NCBI GenBank assembly: GCA_951406725.2
Contig: OX597815.1
Coordinates: forward strand, 108,562,001 to 108,626,000
DNA from: Octopus vulgaris
Lineage: Eukaryota
Direction: 5' to 3'
Length of the DNA stretch: 64,000 nucleotides
The translations under genes and the position numbers were made by a program. Positions 13,651 through 27,873 of this stretch are shown piece after piece (the first letter of the stretch is position 1; each line of letters starts with the position of its first letter). Under the pieces are notes generated by a model. The model saw nothing but the letters and a program-made list of their open reading frames with translations, was not told the origin of the DNA and did not search any database.

Positions 13651-14642
13651 ATATTGTTAAGTCTATGAGGAGACAACAAAAGTCAGGCTTAATTGATTAT
13701 TTTCATGTTTATTGTCATCTCTTGGTTCTACCATTCTCTAGATTTTAGTTGGGAAGCAGGATTTAGTCAAAACAGAAACAAGTAGTAGCACCTATAATGT
13801 TTAACAATGACACAGAGACTTATGAGAAAAAAAGAAAGAAGTAACCAAGTTATATGTGTTTCAGTAATAGGAAGCCATTCATCAAAATAAGGATTTGTCC
13901 TAAGACTAGTGATTTAACTCAAATGCTTGCAGTAAAATGGACTCCACTAAAAGCGTTGAAGAAGACAGTTGATGTATACATCTTGAATGGTGCCCCCTGT
14001 CTTAACTATAAGATACATAAAGGCAAGGAATGAAACTTCTATGATAGCTGCCTGCTCCCCTTCTTTTTATGCTCTCAATAAACTTCCTTTGACTTCTTCC
14101 CTACTAGATGATTATTGTAACTTTGGGTTATAACTCTTGCTGGTCTAGCTCTGCTCAGGAAGCATCATAAAAAATAAGATGGTCCCAATTCTACTGCCAT
14201 GATGCTGGTAAATCAAGAAACACTTCATATGACCTGTAAGACCAGTCAGTCACATTATCTCTGATATCTTAGTATTAGATTGAAACCATGCCATGGTTAT
14301 AACTAGAAGAGGTCTGAGCCTTACCAGACTGACTGACTTACTTTAATTATATTAAACAAAAACTTTGTTTTCAAATTTTACTGTTTTGATGAAATAGGTT
14401 TTACAAGAAAATAAAGTAAATATTAAGTAGTAATTAACAAAAATGCCATGTAAAAATTCGCTAAAATTTCTTGGCTTTCTACATCAAGTTTTCTATTACT
14501 CATTTTACTTTTAAGTTTTTATACTGTAAACATCGCTGAGTATTTTCCCCTCTCTCACTCATTCTTTTAAATAGCAATTACTTCTTTCATTAAAGTGTGG
14601 ATCTAGTTTTAGAAGAGAAGAGCTTATCAATTGAAGCACTTA

Positions 14643-14858
14643 TGCAGGTGCCACATAAAAAGAAGCTATGCCAGTGCCATGTAAAAAGCACTCAGCTGAC
14701 TCTGTAAATTGGTTGGCATTAGGAAGGACATCAAGTAGTAGAAACCATGCCCAAAACAGACAAATGGATTTGAGCAGCTCTCCGGCTTGCCAACTCTGGT
14801 CAAATCATCCAACCCATGCCAGCATAGAAAACAGACATAAAATGATGATGATGATAAT
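14643..14858 (+). mobile_element. RTE 3' UTR/tail fragment
   Basis: ggttggcattaggaaggacatc...ccaacccatgccagcatagaaaacagacataaaatgatgatg. Confidence 0.75.
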
Positions 14859-15380
14859 AATCAGTTCATTATATTATTGGAGGTTATTTTACTTACACTA
14901 CAGTAAGGAATGACAAGTTGCCCTTTGCACAAATCTACTATAATTCCAACGTCTAATGAATAAATCATCATAGGCGAGAGAATAATAAGTAAGACTTCAT
15001 AATTTATAGATTTAGTTCACTGCAACACACCAGTATTCAATATTCCTTGTGCAGACATGTTAAAGAGAAAGCTTTTATATAGTCAATAAACTTGCTACAA
15101 ATAGCAGCAAAATCTCTCACCTGTCATGATGTAGCATCTTATAAAGAGACATATTGGATAATGTACACCTAACTACACCTTGCATGAAAAGAAGGTTGGA
15201 TGGTCATGATAGGAATGCTTTGATCATAGGTTTGCTCAATCAAGACTAACTAAATAACAATAACTCTATGAATTAAAGTTGATTTATTCTTTCATCAGTC
15301 CAATAAGATTAATATTAGTCAGAAAGTTGGTAGTTTCACTCATTTATATAACCTTTTTGTCAACAGTATATGCTAAGCCA

Positions 15381-15590
15381 AAGGCAGTGAGTTGGCTGAA
15401 ACGTTAACACACTGGGTGAAATGCTTAGCGGTTATTTCATCTGTCTTTATGTTCTGAGTCAAATTCCACTGAGATCGACTTTGTCTTTCATCCTTTTGGG
15501 GTTGATAAATTAAGTACCAGTTGTGTACTGGGATCGATCTGATTAACTGGCCTCCTCCCAAAAATTTCAGGCCTTGTGCCTAGAGTAGAA
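15381..15590 (+). mobile_element. SINE family B
   Basis: ggcagtgagttggctgaaacgttaac...tttcatccttttggggttgataaattaagtaccag...gtgcctagagtagaaaaa. Confidence 0.85.
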
Positions 15591-16079
15591 AAAAAAAAAA
15601 AGGTTTATGCCAATCCAATGGAAACTATTTATAACTTGTATCTGTCTTGAGAGACAATGGAGTTTTGCCTTATTAGACTGGAATCAGCTGGACCCAGAAT
15701 TCATGTCATGCAAAATTATCATACCCTGAAATAGTTATTGAAATCACTATTAACTACTAAAATGTAAATCATCATTTTGCAGCAAGCATACTAAACCACA
15801 GCACTATAAATAATTTAAAAGTGAAACTTAAGTTTAAAAGGTATAAGATACAGACAGCTTTTCTCCTTTCCCAAATGTTGTAATAAATTATTTCATACTC
15901 TTTTTTCTGTCCCTCATTCTATAAACCCCAGCATTCCCCAGAGTTTGGTTTAATTTTCCACTCTCTTCCTTCTTTACATCAATGACTTATTTACCATCAC
16001 ACCCAACAATATCTTCTTTTAGACTGATAATACTCTGCTTCAGATAATACTTCCTTAAAATTTCCCTTCTCACATCATT

Positions 16080-16830
16080 CATCCCCAACCTAGATGCCAC
16101 ATGCCAAACTGTCACTGACTTTATTTGCAGAAACCTCAACAATGTACTCCAATGGGGATACATCTTGTTTCTTTCGACAGTAAGAAAGCATAATATACAC
16201 AACTCTTGTCAAGAAAACATAATCACACCACACCTGTTTTAATCCTGAGCAACATTCAATTTCAGTCCTTACAAGTTACTTTAAATGTTGGGTTTCACTG
16301 TTATTGAAGAGCTCACCCAGCAAAAGTATATCTTAACATAGTTAAGACCACAGCTCAATGACTGACACTTCTCTCTAGGAGCAGATCATAGTTCAGACCC
16401 CAAACAGTTATTAGTACTCAACAAAGCTAAATTAACTCTCTTACATAGCTCAGATCCTTTACTCTTACATCTGGGATGGTGCTATATCTTCATTCACAGA
16501 TATCCTAGATCACATTCAAGAAAGGGCTATTTGGTTAACCGGTGAAAAGTCTCTCACTGAAATATTTCAACCTCTAGTCCATAGGTGTGCTGTCTCTTCT
16601 TTCACCTTTTCTACCACTGTTGTAATGGATTCTTCTACATAGCCAGGCTAATGCTACCTTCACTCAAGCATTCCTAACCCATTCATCTTTTCTCATCTCA
16701 TAATATCCTCAATGTATTCACTCTTAGGCCCTGTTCTGATCACTATATCCACTCCTTCCTTCCCAGAATATCAGCCCTCAGGAATACCCTCCTTGCTTAT
16801 GTCTTTCTAAGAGGTGTTCACTTGCATATG
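16080..16830 (+). mobile_element. Decayed CR1/Jockey-group LINE 3' region
   Basis: Translation ILDHIQERAIWLTGEKSLTEIFQPLVHRCAVSS resembles the LDRVQxRAxRLI...LQPLxHRRxVSSL motif downstream of LINE RT domains. Confidence 0.6.
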
Positions 16831-16860
16831 CAGGGCTATAGTACAAGACACTTACCCCGT

Positions 16861-17269
16861 CAGAACTGGATTACTCATTAATCAAAATAAGCATGTGCCT
16901 AGGAGGGAGAGAGGTACCACAAAAATGGTAAATGGTTTATGGCACAAAAGAAACCACTTTAGACTTGCTAAAATAATATTTAAAATGGTTTATATGATCA
17001 GAAATATAATTTTGAAGTGTTCTTGATGTCAAGATCTTTTCAATGGCTTTGTAAATGAAAAAAATAGAAAAAACTTTTCAGATATGAATAAGTGGAAGTA
17101 TACAAAAATAAACATTATTTTCCCTCTTACTGTTAATTTTGTTTCATTTTAAAAACTAAAAAAATGTTATTTTATAGTTTATTATTATTTCTATTTTGAA
17201 TAACATATATATAGTGACACCAAAATCATTTATGTGCTTAGGGCCTCTGTCAGTCTTAATCCAGTCCTG
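16861..17269. mobile_element. Non-autonomous DNA transposon (hAT-like MITE)
   Basis: Terminal inverted repeats cagaactggatta / taatccagtcctg. Internal sequence shared with 49094-49494. No clear TSD. Confidence 0.65.
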
Positions 17270-17632
17270 TGTACAGCAGTATTAAACCGAAGACCACAAA
17301 GCTCCAAAATCAACACCTTAACTATACAGCCATGCAGAAGAACAAAAGCCAATAATCCAACTTTAATTGTTGATTTCAAATTTTACTACAAGGTTACATA
17401 TTTTGAAGGAAGTTGTAATTGATTAACTCAATCTCCAGGATTTGACTGATTTATGTTATCAACCCCAGAAGAATGAAAAGCAAAAATTAACCCAAGAAGG
17501 ATTTAAACTCTGCAAATCATGCTGCTTATTCATTGTCTTCCAACTCCAATTACTAGTAAACATACTACTTCATTGCATCTATTTTTCATTTACCATGAAC
17601 ATAGTCACACAACTAATGAATAAACTTGAGTT

Positions 17633-17995
17633 CATCATCATCATCATCATCATTTAACGTCTGTTTTCTATGCTGGCATGGGTTAGACGTTTTGACAGGA
17701 CTGTTCAGGCTCCATATCTGTTTTGACATGGTTTCTATGACTGGGTCCCCCTCTTAATGCTAACCACTTTACAAAGTATTCTGGGTGTTTCTACGTGACA
17801 CTAGCATGACTGCTTTTTACAAGGCACCAGCACCTATGAGCCCTCAAGATGAGGGATGCTCAGCTGGAGGGGACGAGCCTGTATGCAAAGGCAACTACAC
17901 TTTTACTTAGCTTGAGGTGTCTTTTCAAGCACAGCAAACCACCAAACATCTCAGTCCCCTGTCATCCCCTTTGTGAGTCCCAGCGTCTATAGATC
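17633..17995 (-). mobile_element. RTE 3' UTR/tail fragment
   Basis: (CAT)n-tttaacgtctgttttctatgctggcatgggtt...gtgtcttttcaagcacagc. Confidence 0.7.
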
Positions 17996-18240
17996 CTTTG
18001 GATATAAATGTATCAGTAGCACATGCTGCTTGATGTGAATACTTAAACATTCCTATATATAGGTTTCTATATATTGATTGATTGATTGATTCTAGTTTCA
18101 GCTTATGAGCTGTGGCCATGCTGGGGCACCGCCATTTTTTACATATATGTAGTTGAAATTTATAGAAAAACAAAGGATGAAGACATGTGTATAAACAACA
18201 AACAGGTGTATTTGTTTAACACTCGGGAAAATGAAAAAGT

Positions 18241-18276
18241 CTTTTATGTTTCAAGCCTATGCTCTTCAGCAGAAAG
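18241..18276 (-). ncRNA. Decayed minimal PLE-type hammerhead ribozyme
   Basis: Minus strand CTTT|CTGCTGA-A|GAGC atag GCTT|GAAA|CAT A|AAAG. Lies in a repeat (about 18150-18350) whose second copy at 26697-26800 keeps ggctcaaaacgttaaagac. Confidence 0.5.
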
Positions 18277-18464
18277 GAATAAGAGGAAATAAACAGAGAG
18301 AGAATGAAAAACACTTGTAGGTTTAGTGGTTAAGCATGGCAAATAATTAGAAAAAAAGTTTGTAAGAAGAGGTTGAAGGAAAGGGAGATAATAAAGTACT
18401 GATGATCCCAAATATACATACATACATACATACTCACACACATATATCAAAAGTTCTTGAGATA

Positions 18465-18682
18465 TAGGCTCATAAGGCCATTTCCTAGATTGTGCATATA
18501 TATTCCCCCACCTGTACAGGATGTTGATCCATCAAAGAATTACTCATTTTTGCCACTTGGAAAGACTGGAGCAATGTGAAATGAAAAGTTTTGGTCAAGA
18601 ACACAATGCTTTGTCAGATCCAGGAATCGAAACAACAATCTTATGATCATGAGTGCAACACCCTAACCACTGAGCCATGCAA
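18465..18682 (-). mobile_element. tRNA-derived SINE, family C (reverse)
   Basis: Reverse head gcatggctcagtggttagggtg...gtttcgattcctgga (A/B boxes) followed by ttgtgttcttgaccaa. Partial copy near 33050-33220. Confidence 0.7.
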
Positions 18683-18834
18683 CTCCAGGTAGGTACACAC
18701 ACACACATATTTATATATGTATGTGTGTGTGTATCTTATGTATATATATATATATATATATACATATATACTATATTTTATTTAGAAATTAAATAAATGA
18801 CAAGGGAACAAGAAATTGTGTAATTAATTTCATT

Positions 18835-18915
18835 AGCTTACAACTTTTTCTGCTATAAGATTAAATGTGCTCATAACTGAGTGCATGTACATCACCTTAT
18901 ACCTTCGTTAGAGCT
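18835..18915 (-). ncRNA. Decayed type I hammerhead (same family as 39031-39110)
   Basis: Minus strand AGCT|CTAACGA|aGGTATAAG...CTTATAGCa|GAAA|aagttg TA|AGCT; core mutated. Confidence 0.45.
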
Positions 18916-20419
18916 TCACACACAATTGTATATACATGCATATATGCATGCATAACCAATCTCCCAGTCCTTCTTTCTAAGAATGTCTACTCACTAAAAT
19001 AGCTTCCTGTAGTTAGTAAAATTGTTGAACATGGTACTCATATTTGAAATTGGAACCAGCAATGATGGGTGGTATAAAAGCAAACTTATATTTCCTAGAA
19101 TTATCAAAATAAATAAGTAAATGCTTTGTAATAGGCAAATCATATACACACGTATATGTATATCTATCCAATCTCTCAATTTTTACACTTTTATCTTTTT
19201 ACAAATTTTAAATTTTTTTCTGTCTTTGGACCTCCATGTTTGAACTTCAGAGATTTTCACTGCACAAAAATAAACAAAATAAAAGAATAAATTTTCATAA
19301 AGTTTTTTTGCATTAGTTTTCAGTGTTTTTTAAGAGGAACGTGAACTGCATGACTTGCTAGTCCGAGGAGATATATAAAGGCTATGGACACATTCTCTTC
19401 CCCTAGAGCAGGCCATTATGAATATTTAAAAAAAATTCTCTACATTTAGTTTTCTCTTTTCTCTGAGCACCTCAAGCACTATAGATAACCTCCAAGAACC
19501 ATCTATTGAGACTAATAGCCCATTAAAAAAGAAATTCTCTTCTCTAGGAGAAACAAAATTTTAAAGATATAGATATGGAAGCGTTTTTTTTTATTTATTC
19601 CCTATATACGGATTAAGGCTCTTTTAATATATTGTACAATAACTTTATATAAATTATATTTATATGATATATAATAGATATATCTAGAGGCAGTTGTACA
19701 TTTGTAAGAGATTAACATTATTGCTGAAGTAGAATAAAAGTAATAAAAGTAGTAGCAACAGCAGCAGTAGAGGTAGCAGTAGCAGTAGTGGTAATGATTT
19801 ATGTATTTATAATTGTATGCATGGTGTATGTATGTATGTATGTATGTATGTATGTATGTATGTGTGTATGCAAGTATGTATATATGTAAATACAGCCCTT
19901 GGTCAATCATGGTTGATCAAACCTTATGATGAAATGTATTCCCAGTATATATGACCATCCTTTTGCAGGCATCATGGCCTAGGTTATCAAATACATTCTT
20001 CTCCTCCTTAAAAAGCTAAAGTATAACTTGAAGAAGGAATTAGCTGCTATTTCTAGTGGGCAATCAACCAAGTAGAGGCTCCCTTGTTGGTTCATGTCTG
20101 TTGTTCTTGTTCTAGTTGTTTTTGCTGTTGTTGCTGTTGCTGCTGATGATGTATGATGAGATATATGAATATTATATGTTTTCTTATGGCCTTGGAACAA
20201 AGTAAGAAATCAATATTATATCTTCTTAAAAATCACAAAACATCGTCATGGAGATATGCCTTAGTGCAATCATATTACAATAATTAATTTCATCTTTATC
20301 TCAGAAAAAATACAAGGGGGAAGCTGTGAGAGGAAGTTACACTTGAATGAATTTCAGAACTTAAGAAGTCTTCCATAATGTATATATTTATTACAAAATA
20401 GCATATACAAAAATATATA

Positions 20420-20444
20420 TATATCAATATATTATGTGCGTGTG

Positions 20445-20476
<32 letters not shown>

Positions 20477-20514
20477 TGTATGTATCTATTTATGTATGTA
20501 TCTATTTATGTATG

Positions 20515-20548
<34 letters not shown>

Positions 20549-20616
20549 TGTATTTATGTATGTATCTATCTATCTATGTATATATCTATGTATGTATGTA
20601 TATATATATATATATA

Positions 20617-20653
<37 letters not shown>

Positions 20654-20791
20654 GTATATATATATACATATATATATGCATATATAATATATATCAAATG
20701 TACAATAGATTAAATATAGAAATATTATATAATACATTATATATGTGTGTATATATACATATTATAATGCTTCAATGTATATGTGTACATG

Positions 20792-20878
<87 letters not shown>
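20420..20878. repeat. (TATG)n/(TATC)n/(TA)n microsatellite block
   Basis: Visible simple repeats. Confidence 0.95.
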
Positions 20879-20881
<3 letters not shown>

Positions 20882-21683
20882 AGTGTATGTGTGTCCATCT
20901 TTGTGGACAATTGATATATGCATGCTTTGCAGTGGACATCCCACCTGATCTAAAAATTAAGTGTTTTTTAACAGAAAGTGTTCGATAAGAAATTTAAGAT
21001 TAATTAAATACTTTGGTCTATGCCACCAATGTCTAAGTGTATAAAACAAACCAGAAGGTAATAGCTTCAAATATGTCATACAAGTCAGTGAAGAGTATAT
21101 TATGTATCCACATGCACATATATGCATCCGCACATATATACATGTGCATATATGTGTGTATGTATTTGTATCTACATACATATAATGTACAAACTGCCTT
21201 AATTACAAAATCTAAGATTCAATGTTGTTAGAATACAGTATAATACCTACATTGGAAAGGGAACAAATGGTTGCATTTCATTCTCTTTGCACACAAATTA
21301 TCCTGACATGTTTCATAGCTTGTTGTCCTCTCCTCAGAGAAGTACCTTTCACTCCTTTACCCATGAAGAGAATTTCATCAAAGCAATACCTATTCAAGTC
21401 AAAGAGGAACAAGAACTAATTGAAATGACTAATTTGTGCATTATGCATTAGTTGGTGGTGTGACTAAATAGGAGAAGCATCTCTTACTCTTTTATCTGTT
21501 TAAATGTGTGTGTGTGTGTGGTTGTGCACACATGCATGTAACTTAGTTTTAGAACAGATTCATTGTGTGTATTGTAGGAAAGATTATATAGGTTAGCATT
21601 AGGAAGGGCATCCAACTGTGAAACACTGCATCAGTAAACCCACCCAACACATGATAACATGTAAAGCAATTGCAATAATGAAG

Positions 21684-21729
<46 letters not shown>

Positions 21730-22447
21730 AAATACAAAATGGAACAAGAATGCAAAACATCCAGAGAGTTAGGTGATACAAAAAAGGGACAACAAAGCGT
21801 CCAGATAGACGATACAAAGAAAACAGGAAAGGGTCATTCGGAGTTTTCTTTCTTCAGTTGAGTTCCAGATTATCTTTTCAATTTCGGCTGGTTATACTCG
21901 AGATTGCTCCAATCTAGCCATCACCAAGGGAAAACTAAGCTAAGAGCATTAGATTCCTTGGAAGAAAGCAGCAAATGTATACGAAAACAAGGATGGAAAA
22001 AAGTGGAGTATGTTACACAAATACAAATAACAGGGCATAACAACAGGTGTCTTTCAACTAAGGACGAATTAAATTCAGCTGGCGTGTGTGGAAATAAAGC
22101 CTTATGGCAGGGATGCAAGATTTCACAGGCACAGGGAGGAATATAGATGTTGCACGGACGATGACTGAACCAAGAAAGAAAGATCAGGCTTAGCCGAACA
22201 CTTGTCACCTGGGGGAGAGAAGAGAGAGAGGTAGAGGCAGAGGGACAGAAGAATTAAAGAGGGGTGAGAATAAATGACAGGGATACAGTGAAATGAAAAG
22301 AGGAGGGAAAGTGAGCAAGAAGAGAAGGCAGGGAAATGTGAGTGAAGGTGAACAAAAGAACAAAAAGTGGAATGAACGAATAAGTGTGAAAGGTCTGATA
22401 GAAAGAAAGAATAAAGTCGTACAAGATTTAGATAAATATATACTTAC

Positions 22448-22502
<55 letters not shown>

Positions 22503-22929
22503 CGCACACACTTCAGACATATACATTCTTTCTACACTGCTGATATGCAGTAAAATCAGGGAGTCTCCTGACTGGCCATTTCATAGTTTGTTGAGTGCTC
22601 CTCAGAGAATATCTACCTGTCTTCTTTTCCCATCAATGGTGCTGATCAGCTGCTTTATAGAACCATCATAAATTAGGTTAACATATTAGTGGATAGCTTA
22701 ATCTGTCTATTTGTGCTGTTGTTGGGTTGTCTATATTTTATTTTATTGCTCTCTTTTTGCTGAACTACTAAATTGCAGGGATGTAAACACACCAACACCA
22801 GTTGCCAAGCAGTGGTGGGAGAAGTAGCACAGACACAGACATACTCGCAGATATATATATATATACATACATACAAAACTTAGATAAAACTAAGATATGT
22901 TTTGCCCAAAGATTGGTCCAGGCCATGTC

Positions 22930-23930
22930 TAACTTAATAGCACCAACTGATAGGATTATCTAAATCCTTTTTAAGTCAAGTTTTGTTTATGGTCCATTCA
23001 AGTAGTGAGCTCTTGTTGAGTGAGTTGCATCAGGTATGGGTGGCTTGCCTGGTATTCCTTGAAGAAATTTGTCCAGACTCCATTTAAAGGTGATGGGATC
23101 CTTTTCCTCTTTGATCAGTTTTGGGACAATGTTAAACAGGGCAGGGCCTGTTGAGGAAAAGAAATTGTGTCCCAGTGTGCCTATATGTTGTGATCCTGAA
23201 TTGAGCAGCAGTATTTGAAGTATGGCCGTCCAATACAGGAGCTATATCGACCTTATTGTTGATGTAGGCACTCCAACTGAGACTTTTATCAACAATATAC
23301 CTAGGTCTCTGATATTATTAGATGCTGTGAGTGGTTCCCTTGAAGGAAGAGAGTATGGCTGTTTTAGTATAGTCTTTCTTCTAAAATGCAACAGCTAAAA
23401 TTTTCCCTTGTTTAGTTGCCTTTTGTTTTTGTCTGCCCTTTGACTCACCACATATTGAGTTTGGTCCATTCAGACTGGAATTGAGTTTGGTCTTCTTCTT
23501 CATTGATGATTTGCTGGTGTTTAGTGACATCAGCAAATATTTTCACTTTGCAACGTTTTACGACATTGGAAAGGTCATTTATGTAGATTATAAAGAGGAG
23601 TGGGCCCAAGACAGTTCCCTAAGGGACACCACTGGTGACTTTTGCTCAGATTGAGTGGACTTCATCGACCACAACATGTTGTGTTCTATTCACCAGGAAA
23701 TACTCAATCCAGTGTAGAAGTTTTCCACGGATTCCAACATTTGCCAATCCTGTTAAATGCTTTACTGAAGTCAAGATACATGAGATCAGTGTTCGAACCA
23801 AGTTCCCAAGGCTTTAAGTATATCCTCAATGTAGTGTAAGAGCTGTATTAGACAGTCCCTGCCACAGCCATACTGATTTGCATTTAGGAGTTTGTGGATC
23901 TCCAGGAAGCCAGCTATCCTTGATCTTAGA
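22930..23930 (-). mobile_element. CR1-group LINE reverse transcriptase remnant
   Basis: Minus strand: LANVGIRGKLLHWIEYFLVNRTQHVVVD...VTSGVP*GTVLGPLLFIIYINDL...KIFADVTK (SGVPQGxVLGP and FADD motifs), with stops. Confidence 0.85.
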
Positions 23931-25717
23931 TGATGGGCTTTCAGTTTCCATCTACTAAATCCGCTCAATGTGGATATGATGTATATAGAATGTATATAGA
24001 ATGTGTAGAGTAGAAATTTAGTATGTAGAATGTATGAATGTAATATTAATTTAGTAGGTACTAAGATTATAAATAATGTACATATATACGTGTGTGTGTG
24101 TGTGTGCATATGTGTATGTACCAGGTTTATAGTATGTGTATAATATGTATATATCATGTATATTGTGTATAAGGTTGGAAAGGAAAGAGAAAATAGGAAA
24201 CAAATTATGGAGAGTGAGATAAAGAGAGAGATGGATATAAAGACATGCAGGTGAGAAGAGAATTTTAAAGGATGACAGACACAAGGATATTGAATGGAAG
24301 GCTGAAAGGAAAACAAATTAAAGGGAAAGGTCGAAGGGAAGTATAAAAAGAATTGCTATGTGATCTTGTAATAGGAGGATGAAACAGACAGAGTGAGTGA
24401 GGGAAGAGGAAAAGAGAGAGGAGTGGAGAGAAAGAAAGTGTAAAGTGAAAGTGAAAGAATAAGTGAGGATGAAAGAAAGGAGAACAGAGCTTGAGAAGAA
24501 GGAAGTTCCTTGAGTTTCTTTTGGGCATTGTGTGGTTTTTGTTTTCTTTGTGAGAACACATGATACAGATAGGAGAGAGTAAAGAAAAGGAAAATATAGA
24601 AAGTGAAGATGTAAAAGAGAGTGGTGGAAAAGGATAGAGAGGAAGAGAGAGAGGGATGGAAACTGGAAATGAAAGAGAGACAAAGTGTTTGAGAGAAATT
24701 TGTTTAGGCTTAGTTTTTCTTTGTTTGTTTCCATTAATAAGAAAGAGAGAAAAATGAAAATATAAAAGTGTGTGAGAGAGATAGAAAGCAAGAAGGATAG
24801 TGTAAAAAAGAAAAGGAGTTGGAGAGAAGTTTTAGTTATTATTTATTTTAGTTATTTATTTTAGTTATTTATTTACTGCTTTCTGCTCAGTATTATGTGG
24901 AGGTTTTTCATGATTAATAAACAGAAAAAAAAGTACAAAAAAATGTAAAACATATAAGGTGTCATCTGAAGCAGACAGACTAAGATATATCTTGCCATCA
25001 TCATCTCCTCCATATCCCACAGTTTTAGATTATTAGCAGAAGACCAAAAATCAATATTTTCAGTCTCAGGTGGTACTTTTAGTTTTATTCTGATTTCCTC
25101 TTTTTTGTGTTTCTCTCTTTTTTTTTTCCTCATACTTTCCTTTTTTATTTTCTGATGGAAATGGCTAAGGTGTTTTTGCTTTGTTATTTAGTTTTTGTTC
25201 TTAATTCTTGTCGTTGGTTGTGTTTGGCAAGAATCCTTCAAATTTATTGGTATTTGGTTATGAATAAAATAAATTTAAAAAGAAAAAAATACAAATAAAT
25301 GAAAAGTGAAAATTAATGAAAAGTCAAAATGAGAATAAAATATATAATGAATTAAACATCAATGCTAGAAAAAAAAAAGGGGAAAAGAAAGACAGAAAAA
25401 CAAAAAGAAAAGATTGGGGATGGAATTGAATAAAATTACTTCTGCAAGTGATTATTGTATTGGAAGTAATCAGTAGATAGGACTGATTTGGTAAAATAAC
25501 ATCCAAACAGTTTACTTCTAGTTAACAACTGAATCATTGACATCAAATATACAAGATTCTCTTTTTCAATATATCTTTACAATTTTTTTTTTTTTTTTTT
25601 TCACTTTGGTTGTTGGTAAGTAGTGGTATGAGTTAGTGTGAAAATAAAATGGAAATAAGTGCAAACAAATATTTTCCAAATATATTTCCTGAAAAGAAAA
25701 AAAAGAAACAAGAAGCT

Positions 25718-25829
<112 letters not shown>

Positions 25830-26289
25830 GCAACAAAAACAACAAACTTGCTTCATTTTAACTTAGATTCGTTTTTAAATTTGTTTTTTCTTTCTCATCT
25901 TAATTCTACATATTATAAGGTTTGTTTCCAATATCTCACATTTTGCTTACTAATAGCTATGAGAGTATATAAATATGTTTATTTGTGCAAATATTTATCT
26001 TTTAGCCTGGCTAATGAAGTATATAGATGTGAGTATAGTTTTACAAGTGTTGAAATTAAAAAACAAAATTACCTCCCAGGTGAAAACAATATATGCATTA
26101 TATTTTAAAATGTATGACTTGATTGGTATTTATTTCAACCAGATTACAATTATATCACATATATATTAAATTACATAATGTTTTATATATATATATTTAA
26201 ATATATATATATATATATATAAACACTTACTTGGAGAAGAGAAACAACGCGTGCGTTCGGTCATATAATAATAATATAATAAATAAATA

Positions 26290-26675
26290 AAATATATGCA
26301 TATATACATACATATATGTACATACTTACATCTATATGTATATATATACATGCATATATATATATGTGAGTACAGGACACCACAAATAAACATAGAATAC
26401 AACGAGAAATGTATATATACATGCATATATATATATATATGAGTACAGGACACCACAAATAAATGTAGAATACAACGAGAAATGAAAACATAAAATCAAA
26501 CAAGGAAACGGATTTTTTTTAACAACGAAAAAACAGAGTACAGGACAAACAATACAAGGAAAATTCCCCTTCATCAGCTGCCCCTGTTTCTTCTCAATGC
26601 GTGTTTCGAAGGTAAGGGCAGAACACGGCCAGGCCGAAGCAGTCCTTCCTGCAAAAGGAATTAAATAAAATTCTT
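26290..26675 (-). mobile_element. Short PLE-like non-coding element with partial direct duplication and hammerhead-like motifs
   Basis: Direct repeat gagtacaggacaccacaaataaa at about 26368 and 26441. Minus strand ccttcgaaacacgc...ctgatgaagggg. Homologous to 38400-38806. Confidence 0.6.
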
Positions 26676-26989
26676 ATATATATATATTTCGCCATGATAG
26701 GCTCAAAACGTTAAAGACTTTTCACTTCCGAGCATTATACTAATGCATCTGTTTGTTGTCTACACCACTTGTCTTTGTCTTTTGTCTTTTGTGAATTCTC
26801 TCCTTATATATATATACATACATATATATATATATATATATGTATGTATGCAAATATATGTATTTATCATCATCATCATCATTACTATCACTTCGTGCAT
26901 GCTAGCAAGGATTAGATAGTTTTGAAGGAGGATATTAAATGATGATGATAATGATGATGATCATGAATACAATGATATATATAAGTGAA

Positions 26990-27425
26990 ATCATGGCTGT
27001 GTGGTAAGAAGATTGCTTTTCAGCCTCATGGTTCCAGGTTCATTCCCACTTGGGCAAGAACCTTCTTTTATAGCCTCGGGCTGACCAAAGCTTTGTGAGT
27101 GGATTTAGTAGACAGAAACTGAAAGAAGCCCATTGCATTTATATATATATATATATATATATTTGTGTGTGTGTGTGTGTGTGTGTTGTGTGTTTGTGTG
27201 TGTGTCTGCTTGTGTCTGTGTTTGTTTATCTACCACCACTGCTTGACAAGCGTTGGTGTGTTTATGATCCCATAACTTAGCAGTACAACAAAAGAAACTG
27301 GTAGAATAAGTACCAGGCCTAAGAAAATAGTACTGGGTTGAATCACTCAACTAAACTTTTTCAAGGTGGAGCTCCAGCATGGCCACAGTCTAATGACTTA
27401 AACAAGTAAAAAGATTAAAAGACAA
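26990..27425 (+). mobile_element. SINE family A
   Basis: atggctgtgtggtaag...tttgtgagtggattt...ctccagcatggccacagtc. Confidence 0.85.
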
Positions 27426-27516
27426 AGAATGCTTTTTATTCTTTTATTTGTTTCAGTCATTTGACTATGGCCATGATGGAGCATCACCTTTTAGTTGAAA
27501 ATCGTCCCCAGGACTT

Positions 27517-27873
27517 ATCCTGTTGCCAGATATAGGATCTTCCAGCAGCCACCCTCTTGACTCAGGGCAGCACTACCTCCTCTAGGAACTTGATGTAGGC
27601 CTCCATGTTGAGTGTGAGGCCGTGTGGGAAGATTAATGGAGTCTCCATCACTAGTGACCACTCCAAACACCATGATGTTGACTGAATGTTTGATTTTTAT
27701 CACTCGGTACATGTCCTTAGATTGACAACCAAATGTTCATATTGGAGCTTCCGGTTCAAATGCAAAACAGTACAGTATGTCATTTCCAAATTTCTGGCAG
27801 AGTGAATTATTGCATGATGTTGCTGTTTTTCTCACAGATGGTGCCCAATTGACCTTGTGTAGTCAACAAAATC
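27517..27873 (-). mobile_element. Tc1/mariner (maT-like) transposase remnant
   Basis: ORF track KHSVNIMVFGVVTSDGD (KHPxxxMVFGxxxSDG motif). Nucleotide homology to 23-420. Confidence 0.85.
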
